Part shown: positions 1 to 13,019 of the stretch, one piece after another
Position numbering within the stretch: the first letter of the stretch is position 1
How the letters are laid out: every line of letters begins with the position of its first letter
Assembly: GCA_905178155.1 (NCBI GenBank)
Contig: CAJINV010000001.1
Span: forward strand, 5,536,757-5,600,756
DNA from: Amoebophrya sp. A120
Taxonomy: Eukaryota; Protista; Dinoflagellata
Direction: 5' to 3'
Length of the DNA: 64,000 nucleotides
Notes under the pieces: model-generated
The model's database searches: none
Seen by the model: the letters and a program-made list of their open reading frames with translations, nothing else
What the model was told of the DNA's origin: nothing
Translations under genes and position numbers: made by a program

Positions 1-346
1 GGGTCGTTTGGCACTGGCGGTACCCAATCCGTTACCCTTGCGAACTTGTTCCCTGGCTGGGGCTGGTGGTTTGGTGTCCCCTTCGTTCGCCCTCTGTTCC
101 CATCGCGGGGCGGGGCCGAGGTTTTGTTTCGTGGATGATGGACCGCGCCAAAATTTGTCTGTGGCGCGGGCATTATTGTGGCGGGAAGGCCCAGCTGGGC
201 TGGGGTTGAGTAGGGTGCGCTATTCGTGGCACCCTTGCGGGGTAGCTGGTCGTACTGGGGGTACGGAACTCGTCTTCGCGTAGACGTGCGTGGGGGTCTC
301 CCGCTCGCTCGGGTCTAGTGGTTGAGAGGCCTACTAGAGGTTCTGG

Positions 347-378
<32 letters not shown>

Positions 379-3300
379 CTCGTGACAGGGTTAGGAGTCA
401 CGCCAGGCGCGTGCAACGCCTTTGCTTTTGGTTGCTCCCTCGCCTCTGAGTTTTGGAATTTCCTACGAGGATTTTCGGTTTTCTAGCAAGGTTTGCCTGG
501 GTCGATTTGGATCGACAGCAGTATTTTTCAGCCGATATTCGGACTTCTTTCCTTGCCTTCCAAGCGGGATTGTTGCAGCCTCGCGAACGGATGGGCCTCG
601 GCCGTAGGAGTAGGGCACTTGGCGATGCTCAGCGGCAGTGAGTTGCTCACAAGCGACGGCCTGCTCTTTGGTGTTCGGTTGGAGTTTGCCGTACCTGCAG
701 CGGCTGGGTTTGTTTCATCGGGCCGCTTGCTATTTTCCCACCCAGACAGTGGCTGGGGGCACGTTGGAGGTGCGACGCTATTCTTAGACTTGGTTAACCG
801 GTCGGGAAATTTTGGCTTGCTGCGTGCCCTAGGGAGGCTACTTCTTGGAAGTTTCGGATGGCCCGCTTGTCTTGTCGGGTCGGCTAGGCTAGAATAGCTA
901 CCGGGGGTGGTCGAGAAGGTTGTTTGTGTTTCCCTGGCGTTAGTCTGTTTAATCTGCTACTCTTGGATGATCGCATGGGATTTGAGTGCCACAGTGGGAA
1001 GCTAGCTTGGTGCTTGGCTGTTCTAGTCCGTCGCGTTAGCGCAGTGGTTTGTCACTTCTCGGGGGGAAGTTGCTGCTTCTGTTATGATGCGATGTGCTCT
1101 GCAGCTGACCACGCAACGCCTGAGCCTGATCGGGAATTCAGGCCGCCCGATTTGAACCTTGTTTAAGCTATTCGTCTCGCAATTCAATAGGCCCCGGGGT
1201 TGCCTAGCTCTCTCTCGCTCATCTTTTAGCCTATTTCGCTGTGTTCACGGTTATTGCCATCTGCTCTGCGACGTGGAATTTAGCCCGGGGGATTTTCCAT
1301 GCTCCTCGACTTTGTGTTTGTCCTGAGAACATCGCTTGCGTTCTGCTCCGGTGGGAGCTTGGTTTTACTGGTGTAGGGTGCCGCCGCTCGGCTACCTCGC
1401 GGACGGTCCTCTGGCTCTGCTGGTCTTGTCCGTCCCCATGGTGGATAGTGCGATCCTTGTCAGGAGGTGCCGTCGGCTACATTTCGCAGTCAATATTCTC
1501 AGGCGCGTTTGTTGGCCTTGCTTCCCTAGAGGCGGAAATCGGATGTCCCTGGAGGGGGCTGCTAAGAGGCGGGGTCTCGGTGCTTATGATTGGGGGGCTG
1601 TAGCGCCAGCCTTGAGGCTGCACTGGAACAGGTTTTGACTACCCGGCGCGTGGCCTTTTCTTGCGTAAATTTTCTGGAAGGGAACTATAGGCGCCTTTTC
1701 CGTGTTTCTAAGCTTTTTCGGGGAGGCGGACTTCGGGTCAGCAGCGATGTCTCGTTGTCCCGGTTTAGGAGTTTCCCTTCAGTAGCTTCACAGGGGTTTT
1801 GGCCCGGATGGTCGCGTCAGTAGGTTATAGTGAGTGCTCGCAGGGGCGAATGCAAGTTGTGTAATGGAGTCGAGTTTTGGACTTTGGTCGCCGAGGCTTT
1901 TTGCGCCGTCTCTGGGATCCTGGCGGGCGTTGTTCGCCTATGTGGATATGTAGCGCATGCTACGGGTTTTGTTGTGGAGTTTTACACTGTCCCCCTGGGG
2001 ACGATGGTTTCGCTAACGCTATAGGCTATGCTAGGCCGCCCGGCCGTGCCAGTCATGAGGACGGTGGATTTTGTTTTGCCTGGGGCGCGTGCTCCCTTTA
2101 GTATGGCCGCAGTACCCCGGGAACGGGTATCAGATTTTCCCCAGGTGGGGGCTCTGGTTTTGGGTCATTTGCCAGTAGCCATCGTTCGGGGGCAAGTGGC
2201 CATTCGCCTGGTTGATTGCTGGCAGGCGGCTTTAGGGTCCGTCTCAGGATGTTCTCTAGCTGAGTTGCGGGAGGAGGTAGGGTGCTCGTGCGGGTTTTGG
2301 GGGTACCACGTGGACAGAGGTTCCTCGCTTTCTTAGTCTGTAGCCAGTTAGGTCCTTCCCCAGGCCGGGAGGACCCGCCTCTTCGGTTCACCAGTCGGGA
2401 ACCCGGAGTCCTAGTTCGCCTTTGATTCCGCGCTTCTTTTGGGATCATGTCCGCTTTCGCTCCCAGGTTTCTCTTTCTTTCTTTCAGATAGATCTCAACG
2501 TCCCGGGCCCCACCGGGCGGCGTTCGGAATTTTGGGAGAGCGGGCCCGGGCAGGGTTGGTTTTTGGAATTGCTTGCTGGCATGGGGGGGTGGTTGCTGCA
2601 TTGGTTGGTTGCAGAGCATTGGTGTATTTGAGAGTGGCTCGCTAAATTCCGGCTGCGCCCGCTAGTGGGGTCTGCTGTTGTTGGGCGGGTCCGTGAGGGA
2701 CCACTGTTCTGGACGTTGGGCAGGCACTGTGCTTTGTCTGCTTTGTTGGGCCCGCTTCGCCTTTGTCAGAGGGGGCACCTAGGGTCGCGTCTCGACGAGG
2801 ATTGTTCCTCTGTGGCTGCTTTTCATCTTTCGCTACTGGACCACATGGAGTGTGGTAGTTACTGGTTGCTACTATGCAGCTTCGCCCTTTGCCTTATTTT
2901 CGATACAGGTGTGGAGCTCTTTTCCTGTTCCGCGGTGGTTTTGTGCCTCTGCATTTCTGCGTAGGTTGGTCTTGCGCGGCTGTTCGCCCGGCACCGGGCC
3001 GCGCCCTCCGTAGCGCCTGGGTCAATCGCTGTCAGATGGTCTGCTTGTGACTTTTGGAGTCCGACCTTGTTGTGCATTGCTGCGATGTTTCCTCGCCATT
3101 TCTCGCCGTCCTTGTGTCATCGCTATCTCTGTGTCGCGGGATTACTACCGGTTTTCTTCCGTGCCGCCGGGCAGTGATCGTTCGCGCGGGCAGTGCCTAC
3201 TGCGTTTGGCTTTCGACTGTTATTGTCCATCCTCCCGCCGCTTGCCGCAATTCCGGCCCTCGGTCTTGTGCTAGTCTGCGCATCGCCATCAGTTTTCTCC

Positions 3301-3409
3301 GCCCGTGCCGGCGGGTTTTCCCGGTACGGGAGATGAGTGGCGTTTTTCTCTTGGCATTGAAGGACTTTCTCTTTCGCTTTTTGGGAGTGGCTTTTGGGCT
3401 TGTGTTGTA

Positions 3410-4111
3410 TGTCTTGCCACCTCGCTTGGGTGGGGTGCTATCTGTTCCCCGGAGGTATCAATCCTTTCTACGTTTTGCGGCTCGCCACGGAGGGGCGGTG
3501 GATCGGCGCTTTCAATGCAATGCTCCTCTTGCGGGATTTTGGTCTTAGAGTGTATCTCGATTTGTGTCTATCTTGGTATCGATGGGCTTCCCCTCAGTGG
3601 TTTTCCGTGTCGGCTAGGGGCCGTGTCCGAATTTTGTGCCTTGCGGGCAGTTGTTTCATCAGGTCCAGGGCGCAGAACCTTTCGCGCGGGTTTTTGGAGT
3701 TTATCAAGAGGACTCTGCATGGGAGTTGGGTAGATCCCTTCTGGGAAATTGCCTCTTGATTGCTGCTGGAATGTGGGGGGTTCGAGTGCTTTCTGATGTT
3801 TCCCGGAGGTATCCTTTCTACATTTTGCGGCTCGCCACAGGGGGGGGGTGGACCGGCGCTTTCGATGCAGTATGTCTTGTGCGGGATTTTGGTCTTAGAG
3901 CCCATCGTGGTGCGTGTCTATCTTGGTGTCTATGCGTTTCCCCTCAGTGGTTTTCCGTGTCGGCTAGCGGCCGTGTCCGGGTTTTCTGCCTTGTGGGCAT
4001 TTGTTTCATCCGGTCCAGGGCGTAGACCCTTTCGCGCGGGTTTTTTTGGAGTTTGTTAGTCAGCAGGACCCTAAGTGGGAGTAGGGTGGATCCCTTCTGG
4101 GGAAGTGCCTC
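3410..4111. repeat. Diverged tandem duplication, ~350-bp unit x2
   Basis: Shared blocks such as GCGGGATTTTGGTCTTAGAG, CCCCTCAGTGGTTTTCCGTGTCGGCTAG and GATCCCTTCTGGG recur about 350 bp apart; boundaries approximate. Confidence 0.85.
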
Positions 4112-4414
4112 GCTTTTTCGGGATGTAACAGCCACTGATCCTGGTTGACTTGGAGCTGCTACCGCTTCAAGCATTTTCCGGCAACTTCTGCGCTGCGTGC
4201 GCTCATTCTAGACCCGGTTACCCGGGGGCAGGGAAATAACGTGGTCTGCGTGCCCGTGGTTGCGAGTTTGGGTTGCAGCTGCGCTTGCTTTGCAGGCTGT
4301 GTTCAGTCTGCTCTCTGTCTTCCCCTTGGGGGCAAGTGGGGCTGGGGCTGGCGCTGTTCCCCCCATTCAACCACCGGTGGTGGGGTTCTGGGGGGTCTTG
4401 CCCTGGGGGCCAGG

Positions 4415-4939
4415 TGGTGGTGGAGTGGGCCGTTCCCCGCTACGGAAGCTGGGCACGGCCTGCTTGACCCAGCCCCAATAGGCGCGGTCCAACGGGCCGC
4501 TTGGGTGTGTGCTCTGGATAACACTCGGAAGGAACGCAATTAAAGACACATCTACCCTGGTAGAACCTTTTCGTGGAGTGACTGGAGGGAGTTTCCCCCC
4601 GTCCGTTTTTGTATATGGGCTGGCAGATCCCTAGAAGCTAATGCCTGGAGTTGTTGGTCTTCCACCCCTCTGAGTGGGGGCGGGGAAGGAGCCAACGCGG
4701 ACGTAGTCCGCAGGTTTCGCGGGATAGTTTGCTGTGTGATGGATTCACATCGTTTTCCCCCCCTCCCACCCAAGTGGCCGCTCACGTCGTGCCGGTTCGT
4801 CCGGACAGACGTGTTGGTGGTGGAGTGGGCCGTTCCCCGCTACGGAAGCTGGGCACGGCCTGCTTGACCCAGCCCCAATAGGCGCGGTCCAACGGGCCGC
4901 TTGGGTGTGTGCTCTGGATAACACTCGGAAGGAACGCAA
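4415..4939. repeat. Identical 125-bp direct repeats (4415-4539, 4815-4939)
   Basis: TGGTGGTGGAGTGGGCCGTT...CTCGGAAGGAACGCAA occurs twice, exactly 400 bp apart. Confidence 0.95.
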
Positions 4940-6072
4940 CGAAATTTGATATCGAGATTGATTATTTCTCCGAGAAAAATTTTGAAATTTCGATGGGAAA
5001 TCAATCGATTCATCGATGGGGGTTCTTGATATCAAATCTCGATTGAAAATCAATTCTTGATATCAAATCTCGATTTTTTTTTGATACATATCAATTATGA
5101 ATAATCAGATCAAATGAGATAGAAACGATATTTTCTTTTCTTTCTTTCTTTCTTTCTTTCCATGCCCGGGCATGGCTTCAAATGTTCAAGGCCCTAAAAG
5201 TTCCGTTGCAATCCCAATTTCTTCTTTCTCGATTTGATCTCGCAATAAGACAACAGCTGAGCACGATATTTTCTTTCTTTCTTTCTGTTCGTGCCTGGGC
5301 TTGGCATCAAAGGATAACGATCTTATTTTCTGTGTGTGCCTGGCCTTGGGAAACGATATTTTTCCTGATGAGATTATATCTTAATTTTGGGATATTTTTC
5401 AATAGATTTTATTGCAAAGATAATAGAAATCGATCCGATATTCGAAGATTGATAATATCATGATTTTCCCGATCAAAATCCCGATAATAAATCCCAGATT
5501 TGAAAGAAAAGAGAAGAAAATAACAGAGATCCGATTTCTCGATATCGATATCATGATTTTCTCAGAAAAAAGATAGAAAATTCCATCATCATGATTTTCC
5601 ATCCCGATCAGAATCCCGAAAATAAATGAAAAGAATAGAAAGAGAAATTAGATTTCTCGATATCATGATTTTCAATGAATATTCGATACCCATATATCAA
5701 TCCCGATGGATCGATCCTGATCCTACCTTGTCTTCCTTCTATATCAATATCTTATTTTATCTCTTCCGAAAATAAATAAATTTTCGGATGCTTGATATTG
5801 ATTGGATCTCATCCTAATTCTAAATTTCATGAAGAAATAGAGTCAATTCATCCCATTTGACAATTATGAAGATTTGAAATAATAAACCCGAAAAAATGAA
5901 GATTGCAACGATGAAAACACGAGTAATGAGTCTCTGGATTCGCATGTAATAATCGATTTTCCGCCGGTGATGTTTTCTCTTATCTTCTTCATTGATTGTC
6001 GTGTGGTCTGGGTCAATGCCAAGATCCACCGTTTTTTGTTTTGTGAATTTTTCTACCCTATCTTTCATGTCC

Positions 6073-9000
6073 TCAGCATGTTCTTTCATCAGATTCGAGT
6101 TTTCCATTGTGGAATGATAAATGTCGCGAAAAATGTTTGTGAATGAGTCCAGGTTCCAATTGGTGGGACACACAAATGATGGTTTTAGTTTTGAAGTTTT
6201 CGAATAGAATCTCAAAAATTCTCCGTGTCTCCTCCGTTGTCATGTTGTTCGTGATTTCGTTAAGAAGAAGAATGTCGAAATCTGAATTCCGGTTGTTGTC
6301 GTCGTTTTGGATTGATGAATTCGCATTGTTGTTTTCCATTTCGGAGTTCTTGAATGATTTCTCCCCCTCTGCAACAATTCTGGCCGCCTGCAGCAGTTGT
6401 TGTTCCGAATAGGACAATGCTTCTGCATCATCACCCGGCTCGACGCTGGGTGAACTTTTGTGATCGTTTTCATTTTCCTCTTCTCTAATTTCTTTTTCTC
6501 GATGAAAAAAGGCGCGCAAAACAGCATGCACGCGGTCCGCAGGGAGATTCTTCTTTATGTTGAGGTTATACTGCACCGAACCGCGCAGGATGACCGGCGT
6601 TTGCGGCAGCGCGCGGATGCGGTTGGCGCTCGTGTTCTTGTACAGAATTTCGCCCTGCTGTGGCAGAACCAGGCCGAGCAGTAAAAGCAGAAACGTCGTC
6701 TTCCCGCTCCCGGTGCGTCCCGTGACTAAAATCTTTTCTCCTCGGCGAATCTTCAACGAGAGGTTGTCCAAAGCGGGTCTTGATAGGTTGCTTCCAAAAC
6801 CATCGGACGCCCTTCCTCCGGCCGCGTCCGTAGATGAGAATTCTCGCCCTGTGGTAATTTCTTGTTGGTAGCGCACCGTGACTTTCTTCAGCTGCACAAG
6901 AATGTCGCCTTCATGTGATGTTGTCAGATTTCCATCTGGAGGCAGCAAATCGAGGCCGCCGGCGGGCGAAAGTATTTTATCTTCGTCAAGTGACGAGCTC
7001 GATAGGCTATCTTGTTCTCCCTGTAGTTCCGCAAAAGCAGCGTCCCTCTTCGTAGTAGACATAACTTCAGACCTGCTCTTACTCCCTGCTCGTGCTTGGC
7101 TTGCTTCCTCCGTCAGTTGGCGCAATCGCTCCACACTGATCAATTGCGATTCCAGTTCCATTCCTTTTTGCGTTGAGTCGCGCAAAACTTCGATGCTTCC
7201 AATCACCGCCAGGGACAAGAGTGCGTACGTGCCATCGTTGACGTGCACAAAGTTTGTCACCCCGTTCTTCATCGCCAACAATTGCAACCCAGGGTACAAA
7301 TGGACCACAACGTGACAGAGAAATTGCAAAACCGCAAACCTCGCGCCGAGCCACCACGCGCTGGCAATCGTGAGAAATTGCGCATTCCCGGCTTCCCGCA
7401 AGGCCTGAAAAGTTTCCGTTGCAAACTTGTCCGCGTAGTTGAAAGCACGCAGCACCACTGAGCCGCCGCGCTCGCACTCCGCGAATCCGTGAAAGACCTT
7501 TGCGAGAAATTGCAATCGGCGGACTTGCGCTTTCCGTCTGACCGTGCGGACGAGCGTGATTGCACTTCGAAATTGGACGACAAGGAGAGCGATTCCGATG
7601 AAAATCGCAACAAAAGCGACGATACTGGACGTTTGTGTGGCGGGAAAAAGGTCCTCTGAGCTTTCATCTACTACTTGCGCACCGTTTATCATTTTTCCTG
7701 GTGAATCCTCATCTTTTCCAATAAAAGTCTTTGGGAAAATGTTTCCCACATCGATTCCGGCCGCCCCCAGCAAACTCTCCGCGCCGCTCTTCGCTTTCCT
7801 CACCACTTTGCTCAGCACGTAGTGGTGCGCGAGAAACGCGCCTAAAACCAATACCGACAAAACGCACAGGAAAACGGGCATATATGGATTGCAAAAATGT
7901 CTGGGTCTGGAAGAATCCGAACTTGTGATGCTGCATTTGGATTCCAAAAAAAACTGCAATGCATGACCAGCAAAGGGAATGCAGTTTTCGCTACGCGCAG
8001 AGGGCATTTGTCATGCGGAATAGGAATCACGGAGCCCTCAAAAAGTCTGTGATGCTAGGGCATGCATCACAGACATCACGGCCCATGCAAAACGTGCATG
8101 ACAAGTCTCAGAATCTTCCAGACCCAGACATTTTTACATTTGATAGGACAAGGAGGTACACCAAATCGGACATGGGGTTGTCGTCCAATTTGTCTACATC
8201 GTAAACATATGGATTGCAAATGTGTCTGGGTCTGGAAACTTGTAATGCTAAAAGTGAATGATAGACGCGCCGCAATACGCAGCTATGCATGACAAATCTA
8301 GTGGCTGCCATGTCTTACGTATTCCGCATGGCAAACTGCCTTTTCGCTTGACAGTTAAGAGGGCTCTTTCGTGCCTATGCAACGCAGATTCTCGAGTCAT
8401 GCCAGACAAGCATGACAGACTTGCATTCTTCCAGACCCAGACATTTTTGCATTTGATAAAACAAAGTGGTTCAGAATCCGGCCACTCGACTGCCGGTCCC
8501 AGAAACGGTGCAAATCCGCCTGCACCAAACACTTGTGGAACAGGTTGTCACCAATCCTCACCGCTGCCTTGTTTCCACCGCGGAGTTGCTGCGTCTCCGC
8601 GATTGCGAAAAATACGATGCCGGTGAAGGTCAAGGCGATGAAAATTTTCGGGAGTTCGTCTTCCCTGAATCTTCCGAAGAGAAAGTGTAGTGCGTGCGTC
8701 TCTTTCTCCCGGCTGCCAACGTACGTGAGCAAGACGATCCCGAGCTCCGCCGCAACGACGCTGAGAAGCAGACTAAAGAAGAGCACAATTGTGGTGAGAA
8801 ACCCAGCTTGACCGACGTACCAGTAGAGTGCGCGACTTGTGCTGTAAAGCTGGTCCACCGTGTTCTCGAAAACAGGTTTCTCATGCGTTAAATCGATGAA
8901 AGATTCCAACGATGATGTTGCACCGTGATCGGCGGTAATCGGAGAAGGTCGCGCTCCTGGCGATGTCGCGACGAGCGCAGTTGGTAATTCTTGATGTTCC

Positions 9001-12000
9001 TGTCGTGCAACAGCCGCAGAAATTGATGTTCTCCGGGGCCGCGTGCGCACCGTTCCTCTGTCGTCGAGTAGAAGCTCATGGGTGACGACGCGTGACAGAG
9101 GAGTCGAGTTCACCCAGTGCGTCCCTGGCGATATGAACACTACGGCACCACGATCCAGTCCCAAAAATGGCGACTCTGGATTTTGTGCCCCTGTTTGCTC
9201 TGGATCGGCGTCTGGGGAAGTTCTTCTTGATGTTTCGAGGTTCCAAGTAGAAGATGAAAACAGGTTCTGCAGAACTCTCTGCAAGGTGATTGAGTCGACG
9301 CTCGACAGCGGATTGTCTAGCAAGAGCAGGAATGGCCGACGTGCTCTTCGCCCGAGCTCATTTTCATTTCCAGGATCAACTTCAACTCTGTCCTGCTTAC
9401 ACAAAAAGGTGTAGTGGTACAGACACCGTGCGAGTTGCAACCTTTGGCGCTGTCCACCGGAGAGATTCCCAGCGTTGCCCCGCAGTTCCGTTTCCAGATC
9501 GAGAATTTCCTCCTTTAATTCACAAATCTGCAACACAAGGTCAACCGTTTCGTCATTAACCGGCAAACCGAAGACAACGTTTTCCGTGACCGTTCCGTCG
9601 AGCAAGTAGGGCTGCTGTGGTGCGTAGAGCACCACGCAGCTCGCTGTGACGAAGACGTCGGAGCCAGAAGCTGTGCTTTGCATGGATTTCAGAACAGGCG
9701 ACTCTTCAGAGGATGCCGGGCAAGCGACGTACAGCTCCCGCATCAATGCAAACAGAAGCATGCTTTTCCCGCTGCCGGGCGGTCCATGGACTGCGCAAAC
9801 ATCCCCAAACTGGAGAAGTAGCCCGTCTCGTAAAAGAAGGTTGTGTTGATGATCCATCGTTTGATTTTGTTGCCACGCGAAACGCATCCCGCTTCTGATG
9901 CGGGCGACGCAGCCGGTGATCATGTGGGCCGTCGCGAAATTGGCGTCTGCTGTTGAAAAAGTTTCGCTCTCTGCTCCTGGAGACGACCGGCTTTTTCTGC
10001 CGGTGAGTTCACTTCCCTCGTCTTCCTCATCGTTTTGCGCCGCTTCTTCATGGTGCTCAATAGCTGCCATTTCGATAATTGGGACAACTGGCGTATTCTT
10101 CTGGCTGCTCAAATTGTAGCCCGACAAATTGCGTTCACCAAAACTAGTCGCAGGCACCTGCGGAACTGCGCGTTGCGTGTAAACCCAAAAGCTCATCATT
10201 CGGGCGTGCAAGAGCTGGAAAACCAAGCCGACGCGGATTCGAGACGCAAGGAAACCAAGAATGGAGACAAGTCGTTGGATCGAGCCGCGGAGAAGCACCA
10301 GCGACGCGACAGTGAGCGTTGGACCAGAGCTGCCGTTTGTATTGCCCGTTGATAAAACGTAAAACAGGGCCACCAGAAAGATGATTTCTGGGAAGATACG
10401 GAGGAGAACGTGCAGCAAAAGCTCCTGAAATCCACGAGCGAAGAACAGGTCCGTTTCGAGCCGGCGGGCCCGCAGAACTCGCTTTTCGGTGAAGAACCGG
10501 TCCCAGCGGAGAATGCGCAGGCCCCGAACGTGCTTTACAGCTTCTCCGACAAGATCCACCCGCAGGTCGCAGGCCCGAAGAAGTTCGCTCGATGTCTTTA
10601 CGGCAGTCAGAATAATGCGAGCGCACAAGTAAAAAAACGCGACCGTTGCGCCCACCAAAAGTAGGAGCGCGAACAAAACGCCGTAAGACGCAAGAGCGCC
10701 CGTAGAAGATGAATCGTGCGGCTGCGGGACAGGCGGGTCTATGACTACCGTGTCACTGGCTCCGGCAGGGACTGTACTTCCAGAAGCACTACTCGACGTT
10801 GGCATTGCGGACACGGTGAGTTGCGAGTCCGCTGGTGATGGCGCAGTGCCTCCTTGTGAATGCTGCGCTTCTTGATGCACCTCGGTACTTGTTTCCGGTT
10901 TATTAGGGGGTGAAGTGTCTTTTAGATGCGCTGCGTCCTTCGCCTGCAGGGTGTGGAATGCGGCCGGTTGTATTGCAGCGTCCGCTATTCCGCCTCCACG
11001 ATCAACAGCTGAGGAGTCAGGTGCTGTAGAGCCACGAAGATTTTTGTTACCCTCGTGAGCAGCGGCAGCGACAGCAACGTGCTCGGCCCCAGTTTGCCCC
11101 TCAGCGAAGTCTCCCTGTCTCGTCGATGCTTGCATTGCAAAGAAGACAAAAACGATCAGCAAGCGAACAGGTAACGCTGTCACGATGTAGGACGTGTCCA
11201 TTATGCACTGGACGAGCAGCCGTGTGTTCCAGCGGGCTAGGTTGTAGATATTGACCTCTTCTGTGTTCTCTACCCAGTGCGTGTGCGCCGTCGGAGAGGA
11301 AGACGCGGCTCTTCGAGGCCTTCGCCGCTGCAGCAGGTCGTGTTCGTCCTCGAAGTTTGCGTTCGGAAGTGCCTCGCCGGCTTGTTTGTTGGTCGTTGGG
11401 ATTTTCGTGCTCTTGGAGGTGGAAACATGACTGCTAGTACTGCCGTCTTCATCCTCCAGCACATTATCCTCCCGAAGATCTTCGTAGGTCGTCGGCAGCC
11501 GCATTGCAAGACTCGCGTCCCGCGCCGCAACACCTTCGCGACGGCCCTCCGGCGAGCCTAGGAGTAGCCAGGTGCGATACGACGGGCTGCTCTCGACCAT
11601 CTCGACCTCTTGTTTTTCGGCTTTGCTGCTTTTGTTCTCGGGTGTGCTTGCTCCGGCCTCTGTTTCGAATCGTTCGCCTTCTTTGTGGAACCCGCCGATT
11701 CCTCGCTCGCGAGGGTGCTCCGCAGGGTCATCTGCAGTACCTATGGTCGTGGTCCCGTCTTCGAATCTTCGCTCATTTATTCCGCCGCCGAAGTCACTGT
11801 ACCCGCGATCCTGGGCCCGGAAGACGAATAGGCTGTGCAGAAACAGGCCCCCAATGAGGGCGGATTTCATCTGCATAGCGAGGAACGCGGATTGGAACGA
11901 CACGTGGACGCTCAGCGCCATGGCGAAGAGCGCAGCGGCTGTGTTCAGTGAGAAAAAGAGAAAATACGCCGCGGAGAGCTCTTGCAGCGATTCCTGTTGT

Positions 12001-12585
12001 TCAGCACCAGCCAGGTCCTCTGGTGTCCCTTTATTATTCGGTATAATTCCAGGAACACTTCTTCCGTGCAATGCGGTAGCTTGGCTCTGGATGTCGACGA
12101 TCTGACTAGTGGTGTAGAGCACGAACGCAAACAAAAGGTCCCTGATGACGTGGAGGGAGTTCAGCTGCAGGATATTCGGCAAATACACCCGGATCAGGGA
12201 GCGTAACACCGCGGCCCGCTGGTCGTCGGTGGTCGTGTGTAGGAGTTGAGATTGCTCCGATCGCCGACTCAGCTCCTTCATCAAAAGGTCGGTGCAGTAG
12301 GCCTGTGTGTGATGATGATCTCCGTCTAATGAATGTGATTTTCTTGTTGTGCTTCTTCAACAAAATCAAAAACCGGAGCGAATGAAGATATCGATAGGCA
12401 TGGCAATTGTTGAATAAATAACGAAAAAGGTAACAAGTACTTACCACGTCCGCAGGGGTTCCCGCCAGGCTCGGGATTGAATCTGACGACATTTCGACGC
12501 TGGGCGACGCATTTTCTTCCAGACATGGCGTCAACCAGTCGAACCACAAGTCGCTGCGGCGCTTGTCACGAAAGATGTTTCGCAT
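6073..12585 (-). CDS. ABC transporter, ABCC/MRP-like (spliced)
   Basis: N-terminal LWFDWLTP; NBD1 GPPGSGKS / LSGGQRQ / LLLLDNPLSSVD; TMD2 GRILNHF-VYDVDKLDD rebuilt across an introner; NBD2 GRTGSGKT. GT-AG intron 12303-12444 and introners at 7883 and 8208. Further introns possible. Confidence 0.9.
7883..8145. mobile_element. Introner, family A (263 bp)
   Basis: TIR core AAAAATGTCTGGGTCTGGAAGA; TAT..ATA ends; imperfect DR GCATA/GGACA; removing element+5 nt gives YLL(M/V)PVF in frame. Confidence 0.9.
8208..8458. mobile_element. Introner, family B (251 bp)
   Basis: TIR TGTCTGGGTCTGGAA; perfect DR AAACA; spliced HFVYDVD. Confidence 0.95.
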
Positions 12586-13019
12586 TTTGATGAGCGAGTA
12601 TCTGATTTCGAATTTGCCGATTGCCACTTGGATCCCTGCGGCTTCGTACGTTTACACGTGACGAAGTGGTTAACTAAGCTTCAATACATCGATGTCAAGG
12701 TAAGAACGGCAAAAACGAATTGTGGCGAATTGAGTGTCTTTGCGAGATGCAGCCACGAAAACGACAACGAAGGGATCAAAAGATGCGAATGTGGATTACG
12801 AAGACGATTCGCGACTTGAGTTTGGCACACCCCGAAACGAAATGACACCATCGACAGAACGATCGAAGTCGACGATCAAAGTCCACATGGCTTCTGAAAA
12901 AACGACTTTTTTTGCAGCCGCAGGCAACTGCTTGACTCCAACACAGTTCCGCACATTTTTGCGCGAGATGCTCCCGACCGTGTCTTTCATTCTGTCACCG
13001 CTCTTACGTTTTGTTTTGA

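Larger units (their letters stand above)
349..4939 (-). mobile_element. Probable decayed non-LTR retroelement relic
   Basis: ~30-nt T tract at ~349-378 (poly(A) on minus strand), strong G/T vs A/C strand skew across 4.6 kb, internal and terminal repeats, abrupt composition change at 4940. No intact ORF, convincing RT motif or TSD found. Confidence 0.4.

Noticed and set aside
1985-2010. PQGD as a reverse-transcriptase motif on the minus strand
   Set aside because: Isolated four-residue match with no downstream YxDD or other RT motifs in frame.
4415-4539. Hammerhead ribozyme in the 125-bp repeat
   Set aside because: No CUGANGA/GAAA core found on either strand.
5820-6215. 131-aa ORF with a hydrophobic C-terminus overlapping the ABCC 3' end
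   Set aside because: Overlaps NBD2 in another frame and has no recognisable homology; cannot be supported without transcripts.
7842-8626. Recurring peptides MSGSG, PDPDIF and FQTQTFL in many short ORFs
   Set aside because: Translations of the introner TIR, not a protein family.
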